A stretch of DNA of 64,000 nucleotides from contig NW_026782074.1 in the NCBI RefSeq assembly GCF_031769215.1, forward strand, positions 806,001 through 870,000, read 5' to 3'. Position 1 is the stretch's first letter, and every line of letters begins with the position of its first letter. Positions 51,301-64,000 of this stretch are shown here, in pieces. The notes under the pieces were generated by a model that searched no databases, had not been told where the DNA came from, and saw nothing but the letters and a program-made list of their open reading frames with translations. The stretch comes from Ylistrum balloti. Its lineage: Eukaryota. A program made the position numbers and the translations under genes.

Positions 51301-53650
51301 ATATTGTGCCATGGAAGTTTAACATCCAAATTAGTTAAGTTGCTAACACCAATCATTTTGCGACAACTACTGTAAATACTTTATGTTTCGCGTGGGATTT
51401 ATCTTTGTGTGTAAACTCGAGGATGATAGTGACTCTGGTTGTCGACCTGAAGAGTTCGGGTCTCGAATAGCTCACCATTCTTGAATTTTAAGTCATTTAC
51501 GCTGATGAGGTTTCAAAATTATCTTTTATCTCGTCTCAAATTCTGCTCTTGAATCTGTCTCTCCAAACTCTACTATTGTAACAAAAAAGAGGCCGCTGGT
51601 CGGCCGATTTCTTATCGGTTACAAGACGCCTGTTCTTACCACGTAAACCTCTAACATTTGTTGGAATATCCAAACACCCCAGTCTAGTGTGTCTGTCATA
51701 CTTAACGATGTAATGTATACATATGAAGGCAAAATGTTTTAAAAGTTTCCCAACCAGTGCTTAATCATATTATTTTCGGCAGGCTACGTGTGATGAGGTT
51801 CAATGACGTCATTATATAGTAGACATAGTGATAACATTACATTGGAGACGCCATTCAGATTACAGACCGTCCTAACAATATTAATGGAGACGTATTATGT
51901 AATAATATTTGCTCTCTAACAAGGTGGTCATGTTTACTCTAGCCATCTAGGTCGCAAAGCTGATATCAACACGAATCATTTCTGCTTCTTCTTCCAGCCG
52001 TTCCAAAACAATCTCAAAATGTCTGACTCGCCAGCGGAGAAGGTAACAATGTATCGTTAAAGAAACTAACAGGTACAAAACGAGCTGGAATGACGAAAAC
52101 ATGATAAATTGGTTTCCAATTATATTTGTGATGGCGATGAAATGGGTTGCATTAAAAGACCCGTTTCCTCAGAGCTCGGGCGTTAAAATGTTGTTTAAAA
52201 AAAATCACCCCCAAAATCAATTACAAAATGGCCTCTTAAATTGGTCATTTTTATCTTATAAAGTGACTTCAAGTCACGATATTTGTCAGCCAAGCTTTCG
52301 GCTCTGGCTATCGAATCGGTCATGGTGTGCGCTATCATCTCTAGAAGGCCAGATTACATTTAAATCCTCTCCGGTATTATCGTCATCATCAGTTGAATTC
52401 GAATTTTTATTAAAACGAATTAAAACGGTTGGAATTTTTGCAATGATTTGAATGCAAAGGCACGTCCCTACCTAGGAAACAAACAAGATACCAGTTAATT
52501 CTGTGGTATGTTATATACTGCTGCAGAGCATACGGTTCACTAGATGTTGCCTAGAAATCACATGATTGATAAACAAAACTCCGTCTCTAAATCATGAAGA
52601 ATTATGTAACAACACAAGAAATGTCCACCGTGAGTGTTTTTCCCTTACTTATTTGGTTTTATCTATTCATTGACATTCAATAATCATCGCCAGTCCCTTT
52701 TCGGGCACGTTCATCAGACTTTTAATCATTTTGGCTACAGTTATGAGCCTTGGGACTGTACCAATTACATCTGGAACACCGATTACGTACGCGAGACTTT
52801 GCACGCTTCAAATTATATTTGTGAGCTTTGAAATTGAACCGAATACATTCATGGGACTTGAAATCACAACACTAACGTTTATGCAACTTGATATGGATTG
52901 AAACGATTATATTCGTCGTGAAACCTGACGCAACATCCATCATATTCTTGAAAATGAAGAAAACCTTTTTTTTTCATACATGCGTACCGCAAACATGTAA
53001 ATTCGTGACACGTGGTATGTACGATAATATTCGCGAGACTTTAGAGAGGACCGATTTATATTCTACCGATTAAAGTTTGGAATTAACCGATTACATTCCT
53101 GGGACTTAGGACTGTTTCTATTTCGCCCGTAAAACTAAAGACTGTACCGATGTTATTGGCGAGACTTGGGAACAGTATACCGATTCTTCCAATTACTTTC
53201 CTGGCGCCCAGGACTGAATTAACTACGCTCGCGAGACTTTGGTAACGTTAAAGAGAATATCAAATCTGTTCGCGAGATTTGGACGTTCTAGTCACGTTTA
53301 TATGATATACCTATTATTCTCGTGAGACAAGAGTTTACGACATAATGCTGAAATGATGTACCAGCTAAGTTCATAAGACTCACAATATATTTATAACAAT
53401 ATTTATCCTATTGAGATCTATCGCTTATAATACACAATTTAATTTCGTGACAAGGGAATGCTTTATAACAAGTTTAGTTATAATCTCCTAAGTCGATCTT
53501 TAGTAAGATATAGCATGGTGATGTAGACGGAGTGGACAAACTGACGCCGACCACTTGCCCTAGGGCAATGTGGAATAAACACGCCTTGGAAGTCATCAAA
53601 CATGTGGAGACTGCAATTCATTTGTATCTTCGATCTATCGGATATTTATC

Positions 53651-56623
53651 ATCACATAGGGCTAGGCTAACGTTAGGTGTAACGCGATCTATGTGATTTG
53701 TGTGGTGTTGGTCACATAAGGCTAGGCTAACGTTAGGTGTAACGCGATCTGTCGGATTTGTGTGGTGTTGAACACATAGGGCTAGGCTAACGTTAGGTGT
53801 AACGCGATCTGTCGGATTTGTGTGGTGTTGGTCACATAGGGCTAGGCTAACGTTAGGTGTAACGCGATCTGTCGGATTTGTGTGGTGTTGGTCACATAGG
53901 GCTAGGCTAACGTTAGGTGTAACGCGATCTGTCGGATTTGTGTGGTGTTGATCACATAGGGCTAGGCTAACGTTAGGTGTAACGCGATCTGTCGGATTTG
54001 TGTGGTGTTGATCACATAGGGCTAGGCTAACGTTAGGTGTAACGCGATCTGTCGGATTTGTGTGGTGTTGGTTACAGGGCTAGGCTAACGTTAGGTGTAA
54101 CGCGATCTGTCGGATTTGTGTGGTGTTGTCACATAGGGCTAGGCTAACGTTAGGTGTAACGCGATCTATGTGATTTGTGTGGTGTTGGTCACATAGGGCT
54201 AGGATAACGTTAGGTGTAACGCGATCTATGTGATTTGTGTGGTGTTGATCACATAGGGCTAGGCTAACGTTAGGTGTAACGCGATCTGTCGGATTTGTGT
54301 GGTGTTGGTCACATAGGGCTAGGCTAACGTTAGGTGTAACGCGATCTATGTGATTTGTGTGGTGTTGGTCACATAGGGCTAGGATAACGTTAGGTGTAAC
54401 GCGATCTATGTGATTTGTGTGGTGTTGATCACATAGGGCTAGGCTAACGTTAGGTGTAACGCGATCTGTCGGATTTGTGTGGTGTTGATCACATAGGGCT
54501 AGGCTAACGTTAGGTGTAACGCGATCTATGTGATTTGTGTGGTGTTGGTCACATAGGGCTAAGCCAACGTTAGGTGGAACGCGATCTATGTGATTTGTGT
54601 GGTGTTGATCACTTAGGGCTAGGCTAACGTTAGGTGTAACGCGATCTGTCGGATTTGTGTGGTGTTGGTCACATAGGGCTAGACTAACGTTAGGTGTAAC
54701 GCGATCTATGTGATTTGTGTGGTGTTGATCACATAGGGCTAGGCTAACGTTAGGTGTAACGCGATCTGTCGGATTTGTGTGGTGTTGATCACATAGGGCT
54801 AGGCTAACGTTAGGTGTAACGCGATCTATGTGATTTGTGTGGTGTTGGTCACATAGGGCTAGGCCAACGTTAGGTGGAACGCGATCTATGTGATTTGTGT
54901 GGTGTTGATCACTTAGGGCTAGGCTAACGTTAGGTGTAACGCGATCTGTCGGATTTGTGTGGTGTTGGTCACATAGGGCTAGGCTAACGTTAGGTGTAAC
55001 GCGATCTATGTGATTTGTGTGGTGTTGATCACATAGGGCTAGGCTAACGTTAGGTGTAACGCGATCTGTCGGATTTGTGTGGTGTTGATCACATAGGGCT
55101 AGGCTAACGTTAGGTGTAACGCGATCTATGTGATTTGTGTGGTGTTGATCACATAGGGCTAGGCTAACGTTAGGTGTAACGCGATCTGTCGGATTTGTGT
55201 GGTGTTGATCACATAGGGCTAGGCTAACGTTAGGTGTAACGCGATCTGTCGGATTTGTGTGGTGTTGATCACATAGGGCTAGGCTAACGTTAGGTGTAAC
55301 GCGATCTATGTGATTTGTGTGGTGTTGGTCACATAGGGCTAAGCCAACGTTAGGTGGAACGCGATCTATGTGATTTGTGTGGTGTTGATCACTTAGGGCT
55401 AGGCTAACGTTAGGTGTAACGCGATCTGTCGGATTTGTGTGGTGTTGGTCACATAGGGCTAGGCTAACGTTAGGTGTAACGCGATCTATGTGATTTGTGT
55501 GGTGTTGATCACATAGGGCTAGGCTAACGTTAGGTGTAACGCGATCTGTCGGATTTGTGTGGTGTTGATCACATAGGGCTAGGCTAACGTTAGGTGTAAC
55601 GCGATCTATGTGATTTGTGTGGTGTTGATCACATAGGGCTAGGCTAACGTTAGGTGTAACGCGATCTGTCGGATTTGTGTGGTGTTGATCACATAGGGCT
55701 AGGCTAACGTTAGGTGTAACGCGATCTGTCGGATTTGTGTGGTGTTGATCACATAGGGCTAGGATAACGTTAGGTGTAACGCGATCTGTCGGATTTGTGT
55801 GGTGTTGATCACATAGGGCTAGGCTAACGTTAGGTGTAACGCGATCTGTCGGATTTGTGTGGTGTTGATCACATAGGGCTAGGCTAACGTTAGGTGTAAC
55901 GCGATCTGTCGGATTTGTGTGGTGTTGATCACATAGGGCTAGGCTAACGTTAGGTGTAACGCGATCTATGTGATTTGTGTGGTGTTGATCACATAGGGCT
56001 AGGCTAACGTTAGGTGTAACGCGATCTGTCGGATTTGTGTGGTGTTGATCACATAGGGCTAGGCTAACGTTAGGTGTAACGCGATCTGTCGGATTTGTGT
56101 GGTGTTGATCACATAGGGCTAGGCTAACGTTAGGTGTAACGCGATCTATGTGATTTGTGTGGTGTTGATCACATAGGGCTAGGCTAACGTTAGGTGTAAC
56201 GCGATCTGTCGGATTTGTGTGGTGTTGATCACTTAGGGCTAGGCTAACGTTAGGTGTAACGCGATCTATGTGATTTATGTGGTGTTGATCACATAAGGCT
56301 AAGCTAACGTTAGGTGTAACGCGATCTATGTGATTTGTGTGGTGTTGATCACATAGGGCTAGGCTAACGTTAGGTGTAACGCGATCTATGTGATTTGTGT
56401 GGTGTTGGTCACATAGGGCTAGGCTAACGTTAGGTGGAACGCGATCTATCGGATTTGTGTGGTGTTGATCACTTAGGGCTAAGCCAACGTTAAGTGTAAC
56501 GCGATCTGTCGGATTTGTGTGATGTTGATAACATAGGGGTAGGCTAACTTTGTGTGGTGTTGATCACATAGAGCTAGACTAACGTTAGGTGTAACGCGAT
56601 CTGTCGGATTTGTGTGGTGTTGA
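53651..56623. repeat. 60-bp satellite array, about 49 units, with two major variants
   Basis: Unit CACATAGGGCTAGGCTAACGTTAGGTGTAACGCGATCT[GTCG/ATGT]GATTTGTGTGGTGTTG[A/G]T. The exact 60-bp period is visible as vertical alignment in the listing. Confidence 0.97.
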
Positions 56624-57321
56624 CAGTCCAAGCTAATGTTGCCCTACGAACTCTCTCCAATTAAACCCTATCAACTTGTATTAACATCTATAATTATACT
56701 GCTTTGGAGTTCATACCCATAACCATTGCATTGGTGTGGCCTTGCACGCGATTCGATCTGGGCATATAATGGGGCAACTATACAGATAATGGACATCCAG
56801 ATTTGTCGTGACATTCCTTAAGGATATTAAACCAAAATTAATGGACATCAGATTGAGTTTTCCCGAGTGTACGTCGGTTTTGGGCCTTAGCTTAACGGGG
56901 ATCGCCGTATCTTTGTGCCTCGTCCACATGTATTACTAGTCAGAAATTCTTTATCTGGTAACACATACATGTACGTATCATTGATTAGTTAACATAGAAA
57001 TCAGCGATTTTGCTTTGTTTTGTCAACGTCGATCGAATCGCTGACTTGACAAATTAACGTTGTCTACTTGACCAGAAGTTCTCCGGTATTGGAATATCCT
57101 TATCTATGTGTAAGTGTTGTACAGGTTTAGAGTCTTCCTGCTTATGGAACATTTCTTTCATCAGTTAACTCGGTAGACATAATCTCCCTACCTCTATTTT
57201 TATTGGGAATTATCTCTAATTCTATGTAAAGTTAAGAATCCCGCTATCTCTAAGGTTTTCGGTTTTCAAACCATGATATACTTACTCCCATCCCTAACCC
57301 CTAACACCCCTCCCCCCTCAA

Positions 57322-57396
57322 AACACACACACGTACGCACACACCCTCACAAACACACACACACGCGCGCGCTCGCGCACGCACGCATGCACGCAC
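57322..57396. repeat. Compound (CA)n/(CG)n/(CGCA)n microsatellite
   Basis: Direct reading of an alternating purine-pyrimidine tract. Confidence 0.85.
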
Positions 57397-60300
57397 ATCA
57401 TTAATATACACAATGTCAATGGTAAACAGAAAACGGAAATTGTCCCTATGACAGCCATCTTCATTTACAGGAAACCTAGACTATTTAATTGTGATTTTGT
57501 CAAAAGGCGTGAAAATGGTCAATGCAGTTATAGGTAATTATTCAAATTATTCTGACATTTTTTCGACTTTGGAATATCGGTCTGGTGCTGATGAACGTCA
57601 GAACAATAAAAGAAGAGTGAGAAAATAAGAGACGCGTTTGGGTGGGTAACTCATTATCATATGCATTCCACGCTTCAGTCGTAAAATCTGTCTTATCTAG
57701 GTCAGTTTTTACCCGTTTAATGGTCATTGAGTCCAGACTACCTACTGGACATATATGTATGAGATGATATTTCGGACATGGAGATAAGTAATTGATCACG
57801 CGATATTGCCAACATTAAACACAGCTTTGAGTTCAGTTGTCCTCGTATGCGACAGAGATTTAAAACAGTCTACTGCCATAACACCGAGACAAGCTGAGGA
57901 TTTCTTCACGTCCTTTACTGGAAGTCAATCGATAACAAATTAGTCAGTATTAGTTTTATTGTTGATCTTGAAGTGAGAAACAGTGATCTGTGTTTTCCGA
58001 ATAATTTTATTTTCGTTGACATAGATGTGACACGAGGCACCAATAAATGATGTATATTGCTGTATAATAGAATTCTCCTACTTCAGTTATGTGTTTCCGA
58101 GAGTACACGGAGTTATGTGAGAATTATTGACCAAGTGATAGGGATTCGTTAGATATTCTGTCTGTGATTTCACATTGTTACATATACATGAAAGTTACAA
58201 GTATTTAGATGTAGACAATATTCTATTGTCATATTTTGTTCCAACTGATTAGAACAAGTGTATTTGTGGACCTGACCAGTATTGCTTAAAGTGAGAGCTT
58301 GAGTACATATAATACATACATGTAAATCTACTATTTAAAGCTTGTAAATCACTTTTTGGTAACACGAAGTCATGCATCGCGAAAAGTATACCTAAAAGCT
58401 AGCACTAGCCCAAGGAGAAACGTTTTCGCGGTTCAAGGGAGGTAAGTAATTCCGTTTCAAGAAATTGTTCCAGAATGATGACATTGAAAACAATGACCTA
58501 ATTTACCATTCTTCCGTTACCTAAAGCATACATGCGGTATGACGATTTCGTTATACACGTATTTAGCACAGCACACGATCCCATGATCCTCAGCATCTTA
58601 CAATGTTCTGTCCTTAGAGAACAAAGGAGCATTCAGCAAAGGGCACGGAAAATGTTTCCAAACATTCTACAAAACATTGAGCTGTATATTCTGCCAAAGA
58701 CTTGGATAGCCTGCCAAAGATCTGAATACAGATGATGGTACATTGGCCGTTGACCCTGCTAAAGACCTGGATACAGATGATGTCATATACAACACAGGTG
58801 GAGTTTCCGTTTTGTTGTGCTGTGGTTCCTAGTTCGGAGTTTTAAACATTGAATACTATTGAATATGTCTTATAAATCTGCTTACAAATCGGCCGTAATT
58901 ATTGTGGGACTATTTGGTCACATAACTGATAAAACTGGTCAACAGATTAGGAGAAATATTTGTATGTATGTATGTATGTATGTAGTGTTTCCCTCAGTTG
59001 TGACTATTTCACACACTACTTATACATTCTACACAAAGATCTCCAAAACAATATTATGTTGAACGACGAAACAATTGTTCATTTTATCAACTCAAATAGT
59101 TTTATTATCGTCGCCAATGTGAAGCACTGGGCTGTATTTTCGAGGGCGGAAGGTTGGAGGGTCTACTTCCGTAAGATTCAGTTTGACATTACTTATAATT
59201 ATACAAGGTTATGGTGATATTATTAGATATAGACCACGAGGAAAATATAGAAGCTGATGTAGTTTTTTTTTTTTTTTAATGTAAGCTCTCATTGGAGACA
59301 TGTGGAACCCCATAATATGCTCAACATATACAGCGATAACATATGTAAGGACAACCCGGACTATGTTTTCAGTGTGGGGACAATATTACTTCATTGGTTT
59401 CTGTCACTAACCATGTAAGAAACACTGAGAAAAAAGCCACAGAACTGATTTTGGTTGTAACGTATATAATTTGTACTTTGAAGACAACTATGCCTTAACT
59501 AGACATGCTTTAAATCAGGATGGTCGAATCGAGAACGGCCCGAAGTGTAAAGACGATTTAAAGATTAAGATAACGATATTACCAACGTGACATTTGTGGT
59601 GAGATATTTGTTGAACACGTTACCTAATATGACGTATACTAACCATCAAGTAAAGAGACGTGGCCGCTTTGGTGTCACTGACGCAGCTTTAATCAGTGTA
59701 AAGGCATTTTGTTTGATTCTCCTGGAAATGATTAGTATAGAGCAACAGACAGACTCCTCAACCTCTTTCATTTTGGTCTTGATATCCACAAGTTTGTCTT
59801 TATCTGAGTTACCTAACATTAGGAACCAAATACAAAGTTATTTACTGGATATCGACGTTATTTCAATGTGCATAGTTTTTTTCCAAACATGAAGTATAAG
59901 CAAAGAAGAGAACACCCTCCCCTCTTAAAACTGATATACATCCTACTCCATCATGAAACAATGAGTGACGTTTAGTTCATTCCCATTAAAAGGCATCATC
60001 TCGGCAGCCGATACATCATCTTTCTGGATTCCTCCCCTTGATAAATTAATGAATTACGTTTAAGCTGAGTGCCATCGGTTTGCTTTAGAACTTTTAAAAG
60101 ATTCTAGATATGGTGCTACGCGTGGCATTAGTTTCGGTAACATAGATAGGTTGGAGGAAATCCATTCGGACACTCTTCCGCTGACCAATCAGAATCAAAG
60201 TTTCTGTGTACTGACTGTCGAAACAGCTACTAGTCTAGTTTAATACGACGCCATTCCGTGAAGCATTTTATTATAGTGAAATTTCACGTTATATTCCTTG

Positions 60301-63236
60301 GCATTGTCTGAATCGGCACATAGATTTTTTCTCTTTAATTATTTTAGTTCCTCTGTCAGGGCTTGTCGTATCTAAATATATAAGTAGGGACGTCATGTGT
60401 CCATTTCTCTGCGAGAGTCCAGACGTTAGGGAGTCTTATATAGCTGCCCATTAGTCATCATTAACGACAGTCTTCGACCATCGATCACTTAACGTAATTC
60501 TCGTGTTCCTTAGAGGCAGGAATCGTAACAATACTATTAAGATTTACAACTTTTTTTTGTATGTTACATACATGAGATCACTGCGGCCGCCTCCACACAG
60601 GATTGGTAGTGACGCTAGTGGTTTAGTAGCAAAGATGCATCGATACATGGGTTGTTTAAGATCCGCTTCATTGTGATATTTCTAACTAAGACACCAAAAC
60701 AAGCCAATCCGTCTCCTCATGCTGTATCGGCAGCAAAATGCTGGCTATATACAGGCCATCTTGACATTTGGTTCAGGAACAATGCCAATCCCGTTTTAGT
60801 GAAATCGAAGTCAAATCTATATTTCTGCTAGCACAACAATGTTATTTACTAAATCTGTCAGTCAAATAAGGACATATAATATAAATAATCCATGTATCGT
60901 TGTCTTTCAAGAAAAAGACATAATGTAGTCACATATGAAAAAATTGTTACTCATATAAAGAGTTTCGAAAAATCGATATTTAAAAAACTTAATAAACATA
61001 AGGTAGTGACACACAGTATGAATTGAGGACACAAAAAAACCAACGACAGATCTGAAGTCGAAACTGGTGATGACAGAATGAATTGCTATTGTGCCTCTAA
61101 GGAAAATGCAGATGCATTTTTTTCAGTAAAAAATCTTAAGAGCGTAGTTTTAGCATTCGGCGTCAGTGCAGAAATCTCAAATGGCAAGAAATGTTTATCA
61201 CGACTAAACAGAATTGCATCCCTTTTCTTCAGTGTCATCTTTGTGTTTTGTAATGTGCGGAAACTAGAAACAATAGTTCAGAGGAGAATCATGAAGTATG
61301 ACGTTAAAACACAATAAAATCTAACTTTGGTACATACGGATTCATATGAATAATTAAAAAAATATTTCAATTACATTTTAAAACGAAAATAAGAAAATGA
61401 GCTGAACAGTGTTTTCACTCTGTATGGCGACAACTTGGAGTATGGCTATTCCATATCATTTGATACCACCACACAAGAGTTCAGTAATATAGCTATTTAC
61501 ATCGTTTTCCATTTTATTATACCTACTATGATAACTTTAAACCAGTTGTTACGGAGATTAACAGCAAGCACGATACATCTCTGGTATTTAGAATTTAATA
61601 GTAACAATAACAATTAATGTTTGTCCTGATTGATTCATGCTTAACATATCAAAACACACTTTTTCCGTCGATGACATACAAGAAGTTTGCACTTTTAGGC
61701 CTATTCTAGGGACATTGTATATACCATGTGTGACTTGATCGGAACTGATAGAAGAAGTATAGAGTCCAAGAATGTCTCTTTCATCAATCTCAATATCATG
61801 TACATAGCGTGTACACATCCTGTTGGAACCGCAATCATATATCTATCAAATCATCATTATTTTCTTACAATACGTGATAATCTAAAACAAAAACAGTTAA
61901 TGTATGTACCTCAGAGATCACAGAAAATGGCGTGATATCTGTCTACCATATTTAACAAAGCAAAATCATTTGTTTTTGGTCTGTAGTTTTCAAACTTTTA
62001 CCGATACATTATGAAACACAAATAAAAAATATAGAAATCGTATTGTTATTAAAAAAATAAACTAATTTTGGATGCTTTTAAAATAGCGATTTCAAAGATC
62101 GCGGCATTATTTACGCAGAAAATTGCCGCTAGAGGGCTCTAACTCTTTTCGATATTTCAGCCAATGAGAAGGCCAGGATCGGTAAATTTTGTCTGAAAGG
62201 CCGTCGCAATAGGCTACGCGTACTGAGTACGTTTAGCCTAAAAATGATACATTATAATTATTCTTAGTTATGCTTTCTTGTCATTCTAAATTTAGTTTGG
62301 TTAGAGGCAGAGGTTTCGTATCAGAAAAAAATATAGGAAGGTCATGTCTTGGTCGATGTAAACCGAAGCGTGTATCGACAGAAGACTTATCACTATCCTT
62401 GTGTTCATACGCGAACTTGGGTGCTTACTTCAATTATGTTGTTATATTACACATGTCAAGACTTCCCTTTCTTCTCACTGAGTAATAGATTGTCACATGC
62501 AGGTTTATATATAACAAATGAACTCCGTGTTCCTAAATTTAAAACAGCCGGACCATATGGACCTTGGAATGTAAAAGACATTGACTTTACGACCTAAAAA
62601 CCCACTTCTTTTATTAATGATTGTTTGTATAAGTGTTCAATTTTAAGGTACGGCTATTCAAGGCAATAATACATATTATACGTAATATGTAAAATTCGGC
62701 CAATATGGTGTTATATTCACAGAAATAAGATATTGACTTCGGGCTAATTGATACCAACAAAGCTCAATAATTGATAAATGTTTAATTGGTTTATAGAGAT
62801 ATATATAAATACACATACATTGTCCACTTTGAACGAGAATAAATTGCACTAAGTTATAAATTACTGTGGAATAACAAGTCTTCACTGCGACCCATATTCC
62901 ATTTGATTACTTGTCTAATAACATGTTTTGTTACGACCAAGAATCTAGAACATATTCTATCATCTTAAACTATCATTTTATGTTGGTGGAATTGTCTGTT
63001 GACTTCGGTTTTACTGGCTCGACAGATAATCTGGCATCTGAAGAATGTTGCAAGAAGACACGTCCACGTTACACCGACTATTGTCAGTGAGACGTGATAA
63101 TGCAGACAAAACATTTAAACAATCAACGATATAATTGAACTCAACATTGGCTATTCAAATATTCCGGTACCACAATTATGATAAGACCAGTTATTTTCTT
63201 CGTTTACAAATGAAATTGCAAATCAATTTTCTACAA

Positions 63237-63410
63237 GAATCGGCATAGATTAGCCATCTCTAGTTTTTATTCAGGCTAAGAAATCTTATATAGTTGTTTA
63301 AATAAATACATTTTTAAATACGAATCGCTGTAGATTAGCCAACTCTACGCTCTATTCTGGCTTAGGATTCTTAAGAAGTTGTTTATACAAATACTTTTTT
63401 TAATACGAAA
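63237..63410. repeat. Diverged 85-bp tandem duplication
   Basis: GAATCG..TAGATTAGCCA.CTCTA...TATTC.GGCT.AG.A.TCTTA..AGTTGTTTA...AAATAC.TTTT.AATAC at 63237 and 63322. Confidence 0.75.
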
Positions 63411-64000
63411 CGCTCTATTCAGGTTTCAGCTTTTACATAAGAAATTACGGCAGATTCATTTGTGCAGATATCGTGATAGTACCAGGTTAGATTAACGTCT
63501 TTATTTTGAATGCCCCCGGAACAATTTTTAAATCAGTTGGTATTCTCACTAGGGATCTAGAGAGAAGTTTGCTGGAATCCAAGACACAGAGAAATCGTGC
63601 GTTGATAATACACATAATAACTAACAAGATAAAAGAAGCCCCATTTCCTTCAGGATAATGATGAATTAGGAGCCAATTTCAAACTTGCATTGTGGAATTC
63701 ACGTAAACTCATTGTGTTTTCCCGGACCTTTTCAGTCTTGCCATGATAATATAGCGATGATTAAGAATCCCAGGAGGTCCCATAAGAGGAAGATAGTGTG
63801 TTTTGTTGATTACATTTGAAATCTTTGATTTTTTTGCACGCATTACATATACAGTTAAAACTGATATGCACAGCAACATATTTTATTAGGCTTAAAACAT
63901 TTACGACGATGAACATAATTGTGTTTCATCAAATCACATAAACTCGTATTTCGTCCTTAAGCTGTGCATTGTTGCATAACGTATAAATTCGTGTTTTATA

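Noticed and set aside
51447-51520. Hammerhead ribozyme core (CTGAAGA...GAA and CTGATGA) next to the Penelope-like relic
   Set aside because: Stem II does not pair, GAAA is GAAT, and no stem I/III closure could be built.
53651-56623. CRISPR-like array (palindromic repeats at a fixed period)
   Set aside because: There are no unique spacers; the whole 60-bp unit repeats. The context is eukaryotic with no cas genes.
58380-58447. Plus-strand exon ending in GAG|GTAAGT
   Set aside because: No clear acceptor or ATG in frame. AAGGGAG(G/A)TAA resembles a repeat-derived motif also seen at about 25695.
57542-62885. Assorted 60-100-aa ORFs and their antisense shadows (e.g. minus-strand 57-aa MLGNSDKDKL..., 50-aa MTLKKRDAIL...)
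   Set aside because: No recognisable motifs and no chain of phase-compatible exons could be assembled. The lengths are compatible with chance.

Overview
Eukaryotic, AT-rich, intron-rich genomic DNA. Repeat styles suggest a bivalve-like mollusc (low confidence). Two spliced genes were reconstructed by hand, head-to-head. (1) Minus strand, 285-4104: a 5-coding-exon, 182-aa calcineurin-B/CHP-like protein with an N-myristoylation-type start (MGNEVS) and strongly degenerate EF-hand loops. (2) Plus strand, 6303-44770: a 30-coding-exon, 1751-aa R3-subtype receptor protein tyrosine phosphatase (Ptp10D/PTPRB-like) with signal peptide, 13 FN3 repeats, a membrane-proximal domain, one TM helix and one intact PTP domain. 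All junctions are GT-AG with consistent phases. The introns hold many minisatellites and Helentron/HINE-like non-autonomous elements. The most distinctive pattern is that five splice junctions or exon starts of the phosphatase gene are locally copied: two donor-containing arrays, one acceptor-containing array, one templated insertion carrying an acceptor, and one decayed exon-start duplicate. Beyond about 51 kb the sequence is visibly CpG-richer and has no recognisable gene. It holds a decayed Penelope-like RT 3' fragment, two unexplained small ORFs (one with a TM helix) and a 3-kb dimorphic 60-bp satellite with higher-order structure. Most ORFs in the supplied track are exon read-throughs or repeat artefacts. 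I found no CRISPR array, rRNA or tRNA.
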